Shown here in pieces: positions 63,324 to 64,000 of a DNA stretch of 64,000 nucleotides. The first letter of the stretch is position 1. Each line of letters starts with the position of its first letter. The translations under genes and the position numbers were made by a program. The notes under the pieces are model-generated. The model worked only from the letters and a program-made list of their open reading frames with translations, was not told the origin of the DNA and searched no databases. The DNA comes from Candidatus Latescibacterota bacterium (GTDB taxonomy: Bacteria; Latescibacterota; UBA2968; SICM01): NCBI GenBank assembly GCA_965217865.1, contig CBDCJO010000002.1, forward strand, positions 2,816,001 to 2,880,000, given 5' to 3'.

Positions 63324-63362
63324 AAATCGTTAGTGGCCATGCTCGAAAATTGAGGGTTATAA

Positions 63363-63842
63363 ATGACTGATGGCACGATTGCGGTAAGGCTGGCCGAAAG
63401 AGGAGACGTGACTTCCTTACTCGATGTCCTGCCTCAAATCAGTAGTCGACGCGATAGCCTCTCCGCAACAACTCTTGGAGTCGAGGAGTCAACGCGGATA
63501 TTCGACCAGATGTGTTCTCACGGTAACGTCCACATCATCGTTGCACAGGAACGCCTCACGGAAACTATCGTAGGTGCACTTACGATAGTGATCGTCCCAA
63601 ATCTCACGTATGGTGGACGTCCTTGGTCCGTGATCGAGAATGTGGTTGTAAGGAGGGAGTGGAGAGGCAAGGGAATCGGCAAGCAGTTAATGGACTTCGC
63701 GGTAGACCTTGCGAAGGACAGGCACTGCTACAAGACGCAACTGCTGAGCGGAGTCAATGACAACCAAGTAGGCTTCTACAGAAGTACGGGCTTCGATGAC
63801 GCAAACAGTCGGGGATTCAAGAGGTATTTTGTTGACCGGTGA
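63363..63842 (+). CDS. GNAT-family acetyltransferase (gene cassette)
   Basis: 'IENVVV...RGKGIGKQL', CYK..L, FY...GF. Confidence 0.9.
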   Translation: MTDGTIAVRLAERGDVTSLLDVLPQISSRRDSLSATTLGVEESTRIFDQMCSHGNVHIIVAQERLTETIVGALTIVIVPNLTYGGRPWSVIENVVVRREWRGKGIGKQLMDFAVDLAKDRHCYKTQLLSGVNDNQVGFYRSTGFDDANSRGFKRYFVDR

Positions 63843-63870
63843 GCACCGAAAGCAGAAGTGACTGCACAGC

Positions 63871-63965
63871 CACTAACACCGTGCTCACGCTGCGGCGGCT
63901 TCGCAGCCTTGACCCTCCGGGCAACCTGGCTTGTGCCAGGTTCGTGAACACAGAAGCCGTTATGT
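63871..63965 (+). mobile_element. attC integron cassette recombination site
   Basis: R'' CACTAAC; L boxes gtgctcacg / cgtgaacac; R' GTTATGT; gccactaac is the exact complement of gttagtggc at 63329-63337 upstream of the gene. Confidence 0.8.
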
Positions 63966-64000
63966 GTAATGCAAGTTTTGAGGACTATTCGTTTCTGATA

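Noticed and set aside
1-64000. CRISPR array, prophage or rRNA
   Set aside because: No regularly spaced repeat-spacer array, cas genes, phage genes or rRNA-like sequence seen

Overview
Bacterial chromosomal window (lineage not determinable from the sequence; the PhyH dioxygenases, propeller-YYY kinase and solute symporter resemble uncultured marine heterotrophs such as Latescibacterota, inference only). It carries intact housekeeping genes (sat, aroA, recO, hisI, proA, proB, aroF, hisF, RluA, M32 peptidase, coxD/coxE/xdhC-like genes), tRNA-Arg(TCT) and tRNA-His(GTG). An ~18 kb signalling island (8.5-26.2 kb) holds paralogous hybrid histidine kinases, three near-identical receiver domains, an adenylate/guanylate cyclase, a TorT-like binding protein and a REC-HD-GYP-like protein. 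Signalling, motility and sugar genes are heavily pseudogenised by nonsense codons, frameshifts, internal deletions and IS3, IS630 and IS1380 insertions, with a nested IS1595-type MITE, while core biosynthetic genes are clean. At the right edge a GNAT gene has the structure of an integron cassette with an attC site, and an IS110 remnant with a structured 5' non-coding end sits in what looks like the preceding attC. Also present: two consensus sigma-54 promoters (one orphaned, with a hairpin/GGA-loop leader), a five-hairpin array, a palindromic repeat found both intergenically and in frame within a gene, and dispersed heptamer repeats.
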